Shown piece by piece: positions 9,303 to 19,028 of a DNA stretch of 37,949 bases. The stretch covers positions 1 through 37,949 of the forward strand of contig JBHHYO010000016.1 in the NCBI GenBank assembly GCA_046757665.1, in the 5' to 3' direction. The translations under genes were made by a program, and so were the position numbers. Under the pieces are notes generated by a model. That model saw nothing but the letters and a program-made list of their open reading frames with translations, had not been told where the DNA came from and did no database searches. Each line of letters opens with the position of its first letter. Within the stretch, counting starts at the first letter, position 1. This DNA comes from Nitrospinales bacterium (lineage in GTDB: Bacteria; Nitrospinota; Nitrospinia; Nitrospinales; JAJDAT01).

Positions 9303-10154
9303 TTACCAGTCCTTGCCCCGGTATTGCGGATTGGCGGCGTGCTTCATGATCTGTCCTTGAATAAATTTTTTCGGATTTTCTTTCAGCGAGCGGAGCCATT
9401 GTTTCGCTTCCTGCGGGGTCATCTCGCCGTTTTGCGGTTGCGCCTGGGCGGCGCCGGAGTTTTGCGGCGGCGTTTGCTTATCCCGGTTTTTGGGTTTTTC
9501 CGGATTTTGCCCGGCGCGGTCCTGGTTTTCGGGGGATTTGCGTTTTTGCTTGTCGGCGTTTGATTGCGGCTGTTTGTCCTGGCCCTTGTTGCCGGATGAG
9601 CTTTGCTTTTGATTTTGCTTGTTCCGGTTTTGCTTTTGTTGCTGTTGCCGTTTTTTGATTTGTTCTCTTGTGAACTCCAGGTTGAACTTGGCGTCCATGT
9701 CGCCTGGATTCAGTTCCAGGGCTTTTTTATACGCGCCGGCGGCTTCTTCCAGTTTTCCGAGGCGGAACAGGGAGTTGCCGATATTGTAGAAGGCTTTTTG
9801 CTGGAGCGCGGGGTCGTCGGCGCGGGCCGCCGCCCGGCCATACGCCTGAATGGCCTCGGCAAACTTGCCCGCCTTGTAATTGCTGTTGGCGAGGTCGTAG
9901 GTCAGGACCGCGTTGTCCGGCTCATCGACCTGGGCCTCGAGGAAGCGTTGCGCGGCTTTTTCATATTCCCCGTTCTTGTAATGGGAAATCCCCGCGTCGA
10001 TCCTGGACCGCAGGGTTTCCGCAAAACTCCGGACGGGAAACAAAAGAAGCATTGTCAGGAAAAAAAACCAGGCGGCGCCGACAACCCCTCCCGATCTCTG
10101 TTTGAAGCGGCCAGTCCCCCGGGCCGAATGTCTGTTCATGCAATCGTTTCCCAT
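9303..10154 (-). CDS. batC: BatC-like TPR protein
   Basis: Signal/TM segment, TPRs (YNIGNSLFRLG...YKKALELNPGDMDAKFNLE), a Q/N/K-rich linker and a C-terminal KDW. The start could be 10139. Confidence 0.75.
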   Translation of the reverse strand: MGNDCMNRHSARGTGRFKQRSGGVVGAAWFFFLTMLLLFPVRSFAETLRSRIDAGISHYKNGEYEKAAQRFLEAQVDEPDNAVLTYDLANSNYKAGKFAEAIQAYGRAAARADDPALQQKAFYNIGNSLFRLGKLEEAAGAYKKALELNPGDMDAKFNLEFTREQIKKRQQQQKQNRNKQNQKQSSSGNKGQDKQPQSNADKQKRKSPENQDRAGQNPEKPKNRDKQTPPQNSGAAQAQPQNGEMTPQEAKQWLRSLKENPKKFIQGQIMKHAANPQYRGKDW

Positions 10155-10187
10155 GTGCGTAATTTAGCAAAATTCGAGCGGGATTGT

Positions 10188-10802
10188 TCAGAAAATGGGA
10201 CTCGGCCTTGCGATGGACGGAACGGCATGATCTGCCTTGGGGAGGATTACCGTCAACACGTCGTTTTTTCGTGAGACTTGCATTTTGTCCGCCTGGACGG
10301 GCCCCGGCAGGGTTTGGGATCGCTCGAATCTTTCGTTGCGCATTTCCTTGCGGACGATTCCGCGGTTGTCTTTATGCTCCCGGGTTTCCTTCCGGTTTCC
10401 GGAAACCTTCAGGGTTTGGCCTTCCACGGTGATGTTTAAATCGGCCTGGTCCACGCCGGGAATGTTTAGCCGGACAAGGTATCGGTCGCCCTTGTCGGTG
10501 ACGGTCATCTCCTGGTCCGAAAAGGCGTCCCGCAACAGCGGGTCGATTTTGAATTCCTGGAACGAGTTTTCAAACAGTCGGTCCATGGTGCGGCGCATCT
10601 GTTCCATTTCCCGGAACGGGTCCGTGGCGGGGAAACCGAAATTATGGTCGAACAGCTTGTCCGGCCGCAACGAAATGGAACGCGGGGTCGCCGTGTTGTC
10701 CCGATCCCGGATCAGGAAATAGGATTGAATACCGACGACCGCCACCAGGATGGCAATAAGGGATAACAGCCATTTATTTGTTTTGTGGATATTCGCCGTC
10801 AT
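10188..10802 (-). CDS. Hsp20/alpha-crystallin protein with an N-terminal TM anchor
   Basis: AGGAGG RBS before the ATG at 10802. TM helix WLLSLIAILVAVVGIQSYFLI and alpha-crystallin motifs (IPGV, FERSQTLP, DVLTVILPK). Confidence 0.85.
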   Translation of the reverse strand: MTANIHKTNKWLLSLIAILVAVVGIQSYFLIRDRDNTATPRSISLRPDKLFDHNFGFPATDPFREMEQMRRTMDRLFENSFQEFKIDPLLRDAFSDQEMTVTDKGDRYLVRLNIPGVDQADLNITVEGQTLKVSGNRKETREHKDNRGIVRKEMRNERFERSQTLPGPVQADKMQVSRKNDVLTVILPKADHAVPSIARPSPIF

Positions 10803-10963
10803 GTCTCTTCCTCCTGACAAGAAGGATGCTTTGGTCTGCGCGGCCTTGAAGCGGTGGCGGGGCCGGGCGCTTATCCCCGTGTGCCCCCGGTTTTGGCCGC
10901 CGGCATCGCCGGGCAACCTCGCCGGGGGCTCGCGTTTGTCTGACCGGAAAACTCCGTCGGTTC

Positions 10964-11470
10964 TTACTTGCCGTTAATGGGTATCTTCCTTACATGCTTT
11001 TGTGCGTTCTCCGATTTTTCGAGTTTCACGGTCAGCACGCCGTTCTTGAACGAAGCATTCACCTTGTCGGGGTTGATCTCCGTGGGAATCGGAATGGCCC
11101 GGTGAAAAGCGCCATAAGCCCTCTCCAACTGGTAGTACCCCCTGCTTTTGTCCTCTTTCTCGCGTTTTTTCTCGCCCTTGAGGGTCAGGACATCATTCGA
11201 GAAAATGACTTCGATGTCTTTTTCATCCATACCGGGAATCTCGGCAGTGACCACAACTTCCTTGTCCGATTCCGTGACATCCACCCGCGGCGACAGGGAT
11301 TCGTAGGAACCCAGGCTCCTTCGCATCGGCGACAGATCGAAAAGACTGCGGGAGAAGCCGTCGAACAGCCGGTTCATGTCTCTCTGCAAGGTGTAAAAAG
11401 GGTCCAGGTCGGATTTCATGACATCCATCTCATCGTCCTTGCTCCAGGGAATAAGGTCTCGAATTTTCAT
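10964..11470 (-). CDS. Hsp20/alpha-crystallin small heat-shock protein
   Basis: PRVDV, AEIPG, ERAYGAFHRAIPIP, ASFKNGVLTV and a C-terminal IPI motif. AAGGAG RBS. Confidence 0.95.
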   Translation of the reverse strand: MKIRDLIPWSKDDEMDVMKSDLDPFYTLQRDMNRLFDGFSRSLFDLSPMRRSLGSYESLSPRVDVTESDKEVVVTAEIPGMDEKDIEVIFSNDVLTLKGEKKREKEDKSRGYYQLERAYGAFHRAIPIPTEINPDKVNASFKNGVLTVKLEKSENAQKHVRKIPINGK

Positions 11471-11532
11471 GATAATTACTCCTTTTTTGAGGTTGATGAC
11501 GAGATGAAAGCCATCCCTTGGCTTTCAAAAAA

Positions 11533-11561
11533 CAAATAAAACCGATAGAATCCCCTGTCAA
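11533..11561 (-). promoter_or_regulatory. Candidate sigma70-type promoter for the hsp20 genes
   Basis: TTGACA (11561-11556), 17-bp spacer, weak -10 TATTTG (11538-11533). Confidence 0.4.
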
Positions 11562-11588
11562 GTTACACCTCATGAAAAAAAGGCGCCG

Positions 11589-13040
11589 GTGGATATGAAT
11601 TTTCGGCTAATCGGTTTCGTCGTTGGAATTTTTCTTTTTGCCCTGGGGGTCATGATGGCCGTCCCGGCGGCGGTCGATGCCGCCGCGGGCAACGAAGACT
11701 GGCGGGTTTTTGCCGGATCGGGGTTGTTTACCGGCATGACGGGCGGGTTGTTGTGCCTTGCCACCCGGGGAGAAAAGCTCGTCCCGGGTATCCGCGACTC
11801 GTTTCTTTTGACTTCCCTGGCCTGGACGGTGGTCAGCCTTTTTGCGGCGGCGCCGCTTTTTTTTTCCTCGCGTAGCCTTGGCGTGACGGACGCCCTGTTT
11901 GAAACCGTTTCCGGGTTGACGACCACGGGGGCGACGGTCCTGTCGCATCTTGACGCGATGCCGCCGGGTCTCCTGCTCTGGCGGTCGTTGTTGCAGTGGA
12001 TCGGCGGCATCGGCATCATTGTGCTTGCCGTGGCGGTTCTTCCCTATCTGGGCGCAGGCGGAATGCGGCTGTTTCACACGGAATCCTCCGACCGATCCGA
12101 AAGGCCCATGGCCCGGCTGAAACCGCTGGCCGGCACGATCAGCCTCGTTTACCTCGGGCTTACCCTGGCCTGCGCCCTGGCGTATTACGCCGCGGGCATG
12201 ACCCTTTTCGAGTCCGTCAATCACGCATTGACGACGCTTTCGACCGGCGGTTATTCAACGTCGGATCAATCCATCGGGCATTTTGCCGCCCCGGCCGTTC
12301 AGTGGGTGGGTATCGTTTTCATGATCCTCGCCGGTTTGCCGTTTGTGCTTTACATTCGCGCCCTGAAAGGCGAGCGCGGCGCGTTATGGCGGGACGGCCA
12401 GGTGCGGCTGTTTTTCAGGTTTCTGCTCGTTTCCGTTTTGGTGTTTACGGTGTGGTTTTGGGCGGCGCGGGAGGAACCCTTTGCCGGCGCCCTGCTTCAC
12501 GTGGCGTTTCACATCACGTCCATTCTGACGACCACGGGGTATTCGACCGTGGATTACAGTCAATGGGGAACCCTGGCATTCGAGACGGTTTTCTTTCTGA
12601 CCTTCGTTGGCGGGTGCTCCGGTTCCACATCGGGCGGCATCAAGATGTTTCGCTTCGAGGTGATGTTCAATCTGATCGGGATTCAGATGAAGCGCCTGAT
12701 TCATCCTCACATCGTGCTTTCCCCAAAGTACAACGGCAAGCCCATCGACGAAGGCACGGTTCAGTCGGTGATGACGTTTTTTGTGCTTTATCTGTTGAGC
12801 GTTGCCCTGCTGGCGCTTGCCTTGTCGGCGCTGGGGCTGGATGTTGTGACTTCGGCCAGCGGCGCGGCGACGGCCATTGCGAACGTGGGTCCGGGGTTGG
12901 GGGCGGTCATCGGCCCGGGCGGCACTTTTGCGCCGTTGCCCGACGCCGCGAAATGGCTTCTCATGTTCGGAATGTTGCTGGGCCGGCTCGAACTGTTCAC
13001 GGTGCTGATTCTGTTCACGCCGCAATTTTGGCGGAAATGA
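11589..13040 (+). CDS. trkH: TrkH family potassium uptake membrane protein
   Basis: Four selectivity-filter motifs (SGLTTTG, LSTGG, LTTTG, ANVGPG), GGCSGSTSGGIK and LGRLELFT. The start could be 11595. Confidence 0.95.
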   Translation: MDMNFRLIGFVVGIFLFALGVMMAVPAAVDAAAGNEDWRVFAGSGLFTGMTGGLLCLATRGEKLVPGIRDSFLLTSLAWTVVSLFAAAPLFFSSRSLGVTDALFETVSGLTTTGATVLSHLDAMPPGLLLWRSLLQWIGGIGIIVLAVAVLPYLGAGGMRLFHTESSDRSERPMARLKPLAGTISLVYLGLTLACALAYYAAGMTLFESVNHALTTLSTGGYSTSDQSIGHFAAPAVQWVGIVFMILAGLPFVLYIRALKGERGALWRDGQVRLFFRFLLVSVLVFTVWFWAAREEPFAGALLHVAFHITSILTTTGYSTVDYSQWGTLAFETVFFLTFVGGCSGSTSGGIKMFRFEVMFNLIGIQMKRLIHPHIVLSPKYNGKPIDEGTVQSVMTFFVLYLLSVALLALALSALGLDVVTSASGAATAIANVGPGLGAVIGPGGTFAPLPDAAKWLLMFGMLLGRLELFTVLILFTPQFWRK

Positions 13041-13137
13041 GCGGCATGGCCCGGCTTTTTGAGGTTGAACCGCCGCCGCCCGGCATGAAATAATCAGCGG
13101 ATGTCCTGCATCCGCAAAACCATCGGCTGAAAACAAT

Positions 13138-14295
13138 ATGAATCAATCCCTGAAAAATTCGATGCTCTGGTTTTTCGTCCTGTTGCTTGCGGGCTGGGCT
13201 TATCAAAACTGGGGGTGGGTCGATCTCATGCTTTCGGGAACGCCCCGGGCGGAGGAACTCAGTTTCAACCGGCCCGGCAAGGGGGTGTCGCCGGCGGTCG
13301 CCTTTTCCAGCGACGAACAAATCAACGTCGATGTCTTCGAGCGGGTGCACGAGGCCGTGGTCAACATCGCCGCAACGACGCTGACCATGAATTTCTGGCG
13401 GCAGATCGTTCCCGAACAAGGGCAGGGGTCCGGGTTCATCATCGACGCCAAGGGATATATCCTGACCAACAACCACGTGGTGGAAAACGCCCAGCAAATT
13501 ACCGTCACCCTGGGCAATGGAAAAAAAATCGACGCCATACTGATCGGCCGGGACGTTTCAACGGACCTGGCGGTGATCAAGATACCGCAACAGGACGTGA
13601 CGCAGGTGGTGGCGCTTGGGGATTCGGATGCCGTCCGCGTCGGGCAAAAGGCGATCGCCATCGGCAACCCGTTCGGCCTGTCGCAGACCATGACGACGGG
13701 GATTATCAGCGCCCTCAACCGGCAAATCCAGGAGAAAAACGGTTCGACGCTGTACGACCTGATCCAGACCGATGCCGCGATCAATCCGGGAAACTCCGGC
13801 GGTCCGCTCCTCAACTCCAGCGGCCAGGTTATCGGCATCAATACGGCGATTTTCAGCGTTTCCGGGGGATATCAGGGGATCGGATTTGCCATTCCGGTGA
13901 ACCGGGTGAAAGAGGTGACGACCCAATTGATCACGAAGGGGCGGTATGCCCGGCCCTGGCTGGGAGTCTCCGGCCTGGCGCTGTCGCCGAATGTGGCGCG
14001 GGCGCTGGGACTGGGGGTGCGGGAAGGCATCATGATCGTTGAAGTCGCCCCCGGAAGCCCCGCCGATCTGGCCGGCCTGCGCGGCGGTCTGCGCGAGGTG
14101 GTGATCGGCAATCTGGCGATCCCGACCGGAGGCGATGTCGTGCTGGCCGTTGGCCGAAAAAAGATTGTCACCATGGAAGAATTGATCAAGGAGATCAACC
14201 GCCACAAGGTCGGCGATACCTTGAGCTTCAAGATTTGGAGAAACAACGCGACGTTTGACGTCGAGGTTGTTCTTCAGGAAAAACCCGCAGGTTAA
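13138..14295 (+). CDS. htrA: DegP/HtrA-family serine protease with one PDZ domain
   Basis: TNNHVV, DLAVIK and INPGNSGG catalytic triad motifs, an N-terminal anchor and a C-terminal PDZ. Confidence 0.93.
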   Translation: MNQSLKNSMLWFFVLLLAGWAYQNWGWVDLMLSGTPRAEELSFNRPGKGVSPAVAFSSDEQINVDVFERVHEAVVNIAATTLTMNFWRQIVPEQGQGSGFIIDAKGYILTNNHVVENAQQITVTLGNGKKIDAILIGRDVSTDLAVIKIPQQDVTQVVALGDSDAVRVGQKAIAIGNPFGLSQTMTTGIISALNRQIQEKNGSTLYDLIQTDAAINPGNSGGPLLNSSGQVIGINTAIFSVSGGYQGIGFAIPVNRVKEVTTQLITKGRYARPWLGVSGLALSPNVARALGLGVREGIMIVEVAPGSPADLAGLRGGLREVVIGNLAIPTGGDVVLAVGRKKIVTMEELIKEINRHKVGDTLSFKIWRNNATFDVEVVLQEKPAG

Positions 14296-14315
14296 GTGAG
14301 GAAAACGCGAAACCG

Positions 14316-15233
14316 TTGAACAGGCCGAACGCACTGAAAAAGGGCGACCGGGTCGGGGTGGTCGCGCCCGCCGGCGTCGTCAGCCCCGACGCTCTGAAAA
14401 AAGGACTGAACGCCATCGAGCGCCTGGGATTCCGCGTGACGCTCGGACGGCATGTCCTGTCGCGCCACCGGTTCATGGCCGGCACCGACCGCGAACGGGC
14501 CGACGACCTGATGGCGATGTTCGCCGATCCGGAGATCAAGGCCATCGTTTGCGCGCGCGGCGGATACGGAGTGAACCGCGTCCTGCCCCTGCTCAAGCCG
14601 AAACTCATCCGCGACAACCCGAAAATCGTCGTCGGTTCCAGCGACATCACGCTGTTGTTGATCTACCTGAACCGGAACTGCTCGCTGGTGGCGTTTCACG
14701 GGCCCATGGCGGCGGGCAGTTTCGGCCGCCGGCCCATGCCGCAATCCGAAAAACAGTTCCGCCAGGCGCTCACCGGAAGCGCCGGCGGCAAGCGGCTCCG
14801 GTCGGCCCAGGCGCGTGTCCTGCGCGACGGCCGGGCTCGCGGAACCCTCGCCGGCGGCAACCTGACCCTGATGTGCCGGTCGCTTAAAACCCGTTACGAA
14901 ATCCGCACCGCCGGCTCCATCCTGCTGATCGAGGACGTCAACGAAAAACCCTACCGCATCGACGGAATGCTGTGGCAGTTGCGCAAGGCGGGAAAGTTCA
15001 AGGACGTGCGCGGCATCGTGTTCGGCGAAATGATCAATTGCCGGCCGGCAAAAAACGATTCGTATTGCCTCGACGACGTCATCGCGGATTGTTTCAAAGA
15101 CGACTCCTTCCCCATCCTGGCGAATTGCCCCATCGCCCACGGCAAGGAAATGTGGACCCTGCCCCTGGGCGTCGAGGCCACCCTCGACACCCAATCCAAA
15201 AGCCTGACCCTGAAAGATTGCGGCGTGGTTTGA
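14316..15233 (+). CDS. ldcA: S66 LD-carboxypeptidase
   Basis: ARGGYG, GSSDIT (Ser), LIEDVNE (Glu) and PIAHG (His). TTG start. Confidence 0.92.
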   Translation: MNRPNALKKGDRVGVVAPAGVVSPDALKKGLNAIERLGFRVTLGRHVLSRHRFMAGTDRERADDLMAMFADPEIKAIVCARGGYGVNRVLPLLKPKLIRDNPKIVVGSSDITLLLIYLNRNCSLVAFHGPMAAGSFGRRPMPQSEKQFRQALTGSAGGKRLRSAQARVLRDGRARGTLAGGNLTLMCRSLKTRYEIRTAGSILLIEDVNEKPYRIDGMLWQLRKAGKFKDVRGIVFGEMINCRPAKNDSYCLDDVIADCFKDDSFPILANCPIAHGKEMWTLPLGVEATLDTQSKSLTLKDCGVV

Positions 15234-15278
15234 TCCTTTTGTTCCACGCCGCGTTTTTCTTCACACCCGCCTCCTTGT

Positions 15279-18200
15279 TTAATCTTCCGTCGGGGAGCCG
15301 AATCCGCCGCCGCCGGGGGTGAGGATGCGGATGCGGTCGCCGGGCTCGACGGTGGTTTCGTTTTTGCCGCCGAGGTCGATGACGTCGCCGTTTTTTTTGA
15401 TGAGCAGGTTTTGTCCCCTGGCTCCGGGCTCGCCGCCATGCAGTCCGTAGGGCGCGTAAAACCGGCGCGCGGAGAGGATGGCGGCGGTGAGGGGCTGGAG
15501 AAATTCGATTTCCCGGACGAGTCCGTCGCCGCCCCGGTACTTCCCGTTGCCGCCGGAGTTTCGCCGGATGGCGAATTGCCGCAGGAGCACGGGATATCTT
15601 TTTTCGAGGATTTCCGGGTCGGTGATGCGGGTGTTGGTCATGTGGGTGTGGACGCCGGAGCGGCCGTGCCAGTGCGGCCCCGCGCCCGCGCCGCCGCCGA
15701 TGGTTTCGTAATAGGCAAAACGGTCGTTGCCGAACGTCAGGTTGTTCATGCAACCCTGAGACGCGGCGGCGGCGCCGAACGCTTTCAGGATGACGTCGGT
15801 GACACGTTGCGAGGTCAAAACGTTGCCGCCGCAGACGGCGGCGGTGGCCGACGGGGCGAGCAGGGACCCGTCCTCGATGATCACCCGGATGGGTTGCAGG
15901 CACCCCTGGTTGAGCGGACTGTCGTCTTGCACAAGACAGCGCAGGACGTAAAGGACGGCGGACCAGGTCACGGCCCGGGGCGCGTTGCAGTTGCCGGGGA
16001 GTTGCGCGCCGGTGCCGGTGAAATCGAAGATAGCGCCGCCGCTCTCCCGGTCGAGGGTCAGGCGCAGGACGATGGGACTGCCGTCGTCCAGGTAATCCGT
16101 GGCGGACAGGGTGTCGGTCGGGCGCGGGGATTTTTCCGAGGACAGGCGGCGCAACATGCCGCGCACGGCGTCCTCGGCGTTTTGCTGGATGTGTTTCATG
16201 TACGCCTGAACCGTTTCCAGGGAATGTTCGCCGACCAGTTGGTCGAGCAAATCGGCGCCGCGCTTGTTGGCCGCCACCTGCGCCTTGAGGTCGGAGACGT
16301 TATCCGCGAGCGCCCGTGTGCCGTAAGGCGGCGCGGTCAACAGGGCGGCGATGCCGCGCTCCTGAAAGACACCGTTTTCGACGAGCTTGAACGATTCGAT
16401 GCAGACCCCCTCCTCGCTCAGCGATTGGGAAAAGGGCGGCATCGAGCCGGGCGAAATGCCGCCGATATCCGCGTGGTGCCCCCGGTTGGCGACAAAGAAA
16501 ACCGGCCGGCCGTTTTTGATCACCGGCGTGATGACGGTGATGTCCGGCAGGTGACTGCCGCCCGCCGTGGGATGATTGGTGACGAGCGTGTCGCCGGAGT
16601 TCAGACTGTTGCCCTGCCGGCGGATTTGGCGGCGCACCGCCTCGCCCATGGCGCCGAGGTGCACCGGCAAGTGGGGCGCGTTGGCCACCAGACTGCCGTC
16701 GCCGTCGAACAGGGCGCAGGAAAAATCCAGGCGTTCCTTGATGTTGGTGGACACCGCCGTGCGTTGCAGTGCGCGGCCCATCTGCTCGGCGATAGACATG
16801 AACCGGTTGCCGAAAAGGGAAAGCTGGACGGGGTCCGCCTCCGTGCCGACAGGTTGCGCGCCGCGTGCGGGGACGTTGATTTCCACGTCGCCGAATTCGG
16901 TAATGACGGCGCGGCTTGAGGGATCGACGAGAATGGTGGAGGTGTTGTTGATGAGAATGGCCGGGCCTGGGACGGTTTCCGCGGGTCCCATCGCCTCAAG
17001 CAGGAACACCGGCGTCCGCCGCCAGGCGCCGTCGAACCAGCAACGGGTGTGGGTTGCCGGCGGAGTGGGTTGCGTTTTGGCCGGCAGGGGCGGCCGCTGA
17101 CCGGTACCGGCGGTTTTGCCGATACCGCGCACCCGCAGGTCGTCCACCAGAATCTCCCGGTCCGCCAGGTCGAATCCGAATTCGCGGCGGTACCGGGCGC
17201 GGAATTGTTGCTCAAAACTTTCCGCATCGGAGCGGGGAATCATCATGGCGGTGTCCGTGCCTTGATAGCGCAGGTTCAGCCAATGCCGAACCCCGATGCG
17301 GTTTTCGGGGAAGCCCTTGCGTTGCAGGCCGTCGGCGGCTTCCCGGCCCAGGGCGTCCAGCCGGGCGTTGAGTTCCGGCAGTGATGATTCGCAGAGGGCC
17401 GTGGAGGCAGGCTCCTGTTTTTCCAGAACCACGTCCGCCAGGCCCAGGCCGTATGCCGAGAGGATACCGGCGAACCGGTGGATGAAGATTTTGGAAATGC
17501 CGAGGGCGCGGGCGACGGCGCAGGCGTGTTGCCCTCCGGCGCCGCCGAAACAGGCGAGGACATGATCCCGGACATCGAACCCGCGGGCGACGGAAATCTC
17601 GCGGATGACGCGGGTCATGACTTCGTCGGCGACGCGGACGAATCCCTCGGCGATCGTTTCGGGGGCCAGGGCGTCCTTGCCGGCGCGGCGGTAACAGGCG
17701 TTGACTTCCCGGGCCAGGGCGTTGAACGCCGTTTGCGCGGCGCCGACGTCCAGCGGCAGGCCGCCGGACGGGCCGAAAAGTTTCGGAAAATAATCCGGCA
17801 ACAACCGGCCGAGCACCAGGTTGGCGTCGGTGATCGACAGGAAACCGTTTTTGCCGTAGCAGACGGGGCCGGGATGGGCGCCGGAGGATTCCGGCCCGAC
17901 GACAAACAGGCCGTTTTTGAAGAACAGGCGCGAGCCGCCGCCGGCGGCGACGGTCTTGATGTGCAACTGGGGCGCCAGCAGGGCCACGCCGCCAGCCTCG
18001 GTTTCGTGCACCCATTCGAAGTCCCCGACATAGCGGGAGACGTCGGTGGACGTGCCGCCCATGTCAAAGCCGATGACGGGTTTGCCCCGGAAGCGGGGGA
18101 AGGCGGTCTTGGCGCAACCGACCACGCCGCCCGCGGGACCGGACAGGATCGCCCGGCTACCGGTGAAGCGGTCGGGTTCGACCAGGCCGCCGTCGGATTG

Positions 18201-18983
18201 CATCAAAAACAGGGGAGCGCGCCGGCCCGCCGGCCCGGAACGAAAACTTTGCAGGTAACGTTCGATAAGGGGCGTGAGATAAGCGTCCACGCAACAGGTT
18301 TGGCCGCGGTCGACGATTTTGATTCTCGGCATGACCCGGTGCGACAATGCGACATGACGGAATCCCAGCTTGCCGGCCAGCCTGCCGATTTGCCGTTCGT
18401 GGTCGGGAAAGGTGTAGGCGTGCATACAGACCACGGCGAGCGAGTCGATGCCGCGGCCGCGCAGGCCGCGCAGATCGTTTTCCAATCGCGGCAGGTCGGG
18501 AGGCTGAAGGATGTGCAGGGTTTCGCCGCCCAGGCCGGTTGTCCCTCCGGCGGTGGTTTCGTGTTCCGCGGCGAGCCGTACCCGCTCCTCGACCTCGACC
18601 ATGGCTTCATAGACCGGTTGCGGTTGCTTGATTTCCAGGTCGAAGATGCGGGGCCGGTTTTGCTTGCCGATGCGCAACAGGTCGCCGAACCCTTTGGTGA
18701 TGACGAGGCCGCAACGCACGCCTTTTCTTTCCAGCAGGGCGTTGGTCGCCAGCGTGGTTCCCATGCGGATCCATTCGATGGGTGCGTCCGGGTTGCCGGA
18801 TGAGGGGGCGAACTCGTCCAGGATTCGGCGGATGCCTTCCAGGGGCGCGTCGGCATAGTTTTCCGGATCGTCGGACAGCAGTTTGATCACCCGGTACCCC
18901 GGCTCTCCGGGGACTTCGGCGTAAATGTCGGTGAAGGTGCCGCCCCGGTCGATGGAAAATCTGAAGCGGTTGGGATTCGACAT
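15279..18983 (-). CDS. Single-chain ATP-dependent 5-oxoprolinase (hydantoinase A+B fusion)
   Basis: IDRGGTFTD, MGTTLATNALLERKG, FDMGGTSTDVS, NIKERLDFSCA, HHADIGG and HTHMTNTRITDPE. 1234 aa. Confidence 0.93.
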   Translation of the reverse strand: MSNPNRFRFSIDRGGTFTDIYAEVPGEPGYRVIKLLSDDPENYADAPLEGIRRILDEFAPSSGNPDAPIEWIRMGTTLATNALLERKGVRCGLVITKGFGDLLRIGKQNRPRIFDLEIKQPQPVYEAMVEVEERVRLAAEHETTAGGTTGLGGETLHILQPPDLPRLENDLRGLRGRGIDSLAVVCMHAYTFPDHERQIGRLAGKLGFRHVALSHRVMPRIKIVDRGQTCCVDAYLTPLIERYLQSFRSGPAGRRAPLFLMQSDGGLVEPDRFTGSRAILSGPAGGVVGCAKTAFPRFRGKPVIGFDMGGTSTDVSRYVGDFEWVHETEAGGVALLAPQLHIKTVAAGGGSRLFFKNGLFVVGPESSGAHPGPVCYGKNGFLSITDANLVLGRLLPDYFPKLFGPSGGLPLDVGAAQTAFNALAREVNACYRRAGKDALAPETIAEGFVRVADEVMTRVIREISVARGFDVRDHVLACFGGAGGQHACAVARALGISKIFIHRFAGILSAYGLGLADVVLEKQEPASTALCESSLPELNARLDALGREAADGLQRKGFPENRIGVRHWLNLRYQGTDTAMMIPRSDAESFEQQFRARYRREFGFDLADREILVDDLRVRGIGKTAGTGQRPPLPAKTQPTPPATHTRCWFDGAWRRTPVFLLEAMGPAETVPGPAILINNTSTILVDPSSRAVITEFGDVEINVPARGAQPVGTEADPVQLSLFGNRFMSIAEQMGRALQRTAVSTNIKERLDFSCALFDGDGSLVANAPHLPVHLGAMGEAVRRQIRRQGNSLNSGDTLVTNHPTAGGSHLPDITVITPVIKNGRPVFFVANRGHHADIGGISPGSMPPFSQSLSEEGVCIESFKLVENGVFQERGIAALLTAPPYGTRALADNVSDLKAQVAANKRGADLLDQLVGEHSLETVQAYMKHIQQNAEDAVRGMLRRLSSEKSPRPTDTLSATDYLDDGSPIVLRLTLDRESGGAIFDFTGTGAQLPGNCNAPRAVTWSAVLYVLRCLVQDDSPLNQGCLQPIRVIIEDGSLLAPSATAAVCGGNVLTSQRVTDVILKAFGAAAASQGCMNNLTFGNDRFAYYETIGGGAGAGPHWHGRSGVHTHMTNTRITDPEILEKRYPVLLRQFAIRRNSGGNGKYRGGDGLVREIEFLQPLTAAILSARRFYAPYGLHGGEPGARGQNLLIKKNGDVIDLGGKNETTVEPGDRIRILTPGGGGFGSPTED

Positions 18984-19028
18984 ATGCGGGGTGGCTTGCC
19001 GGGTTTTTGCGGGATTTCGCCGGTGCGG

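Noticed and set aside
9430-9660. Q/N/K-rich low-complexity stretch in batC
   Set aside because: A typical linker for BatC-type proteins; no exact tandem DNA repeat.
10803-10963. GC-rich hairpins between the two hsp20 genes
   Set aside because: Imperfect stems with no U-tract or recognisable RNA family; plausible by chance at this GC content.
11857-11865. Homopolymer tracts (T9 in trkH, A8 in batC) as phase-variation sites
   Set aside because: Short, encode Phe runs, and the frames are intact.
11589-13040. trkH without an adjacent trkA
   Set aside because: Unlinked trkA and trkH genes are common.
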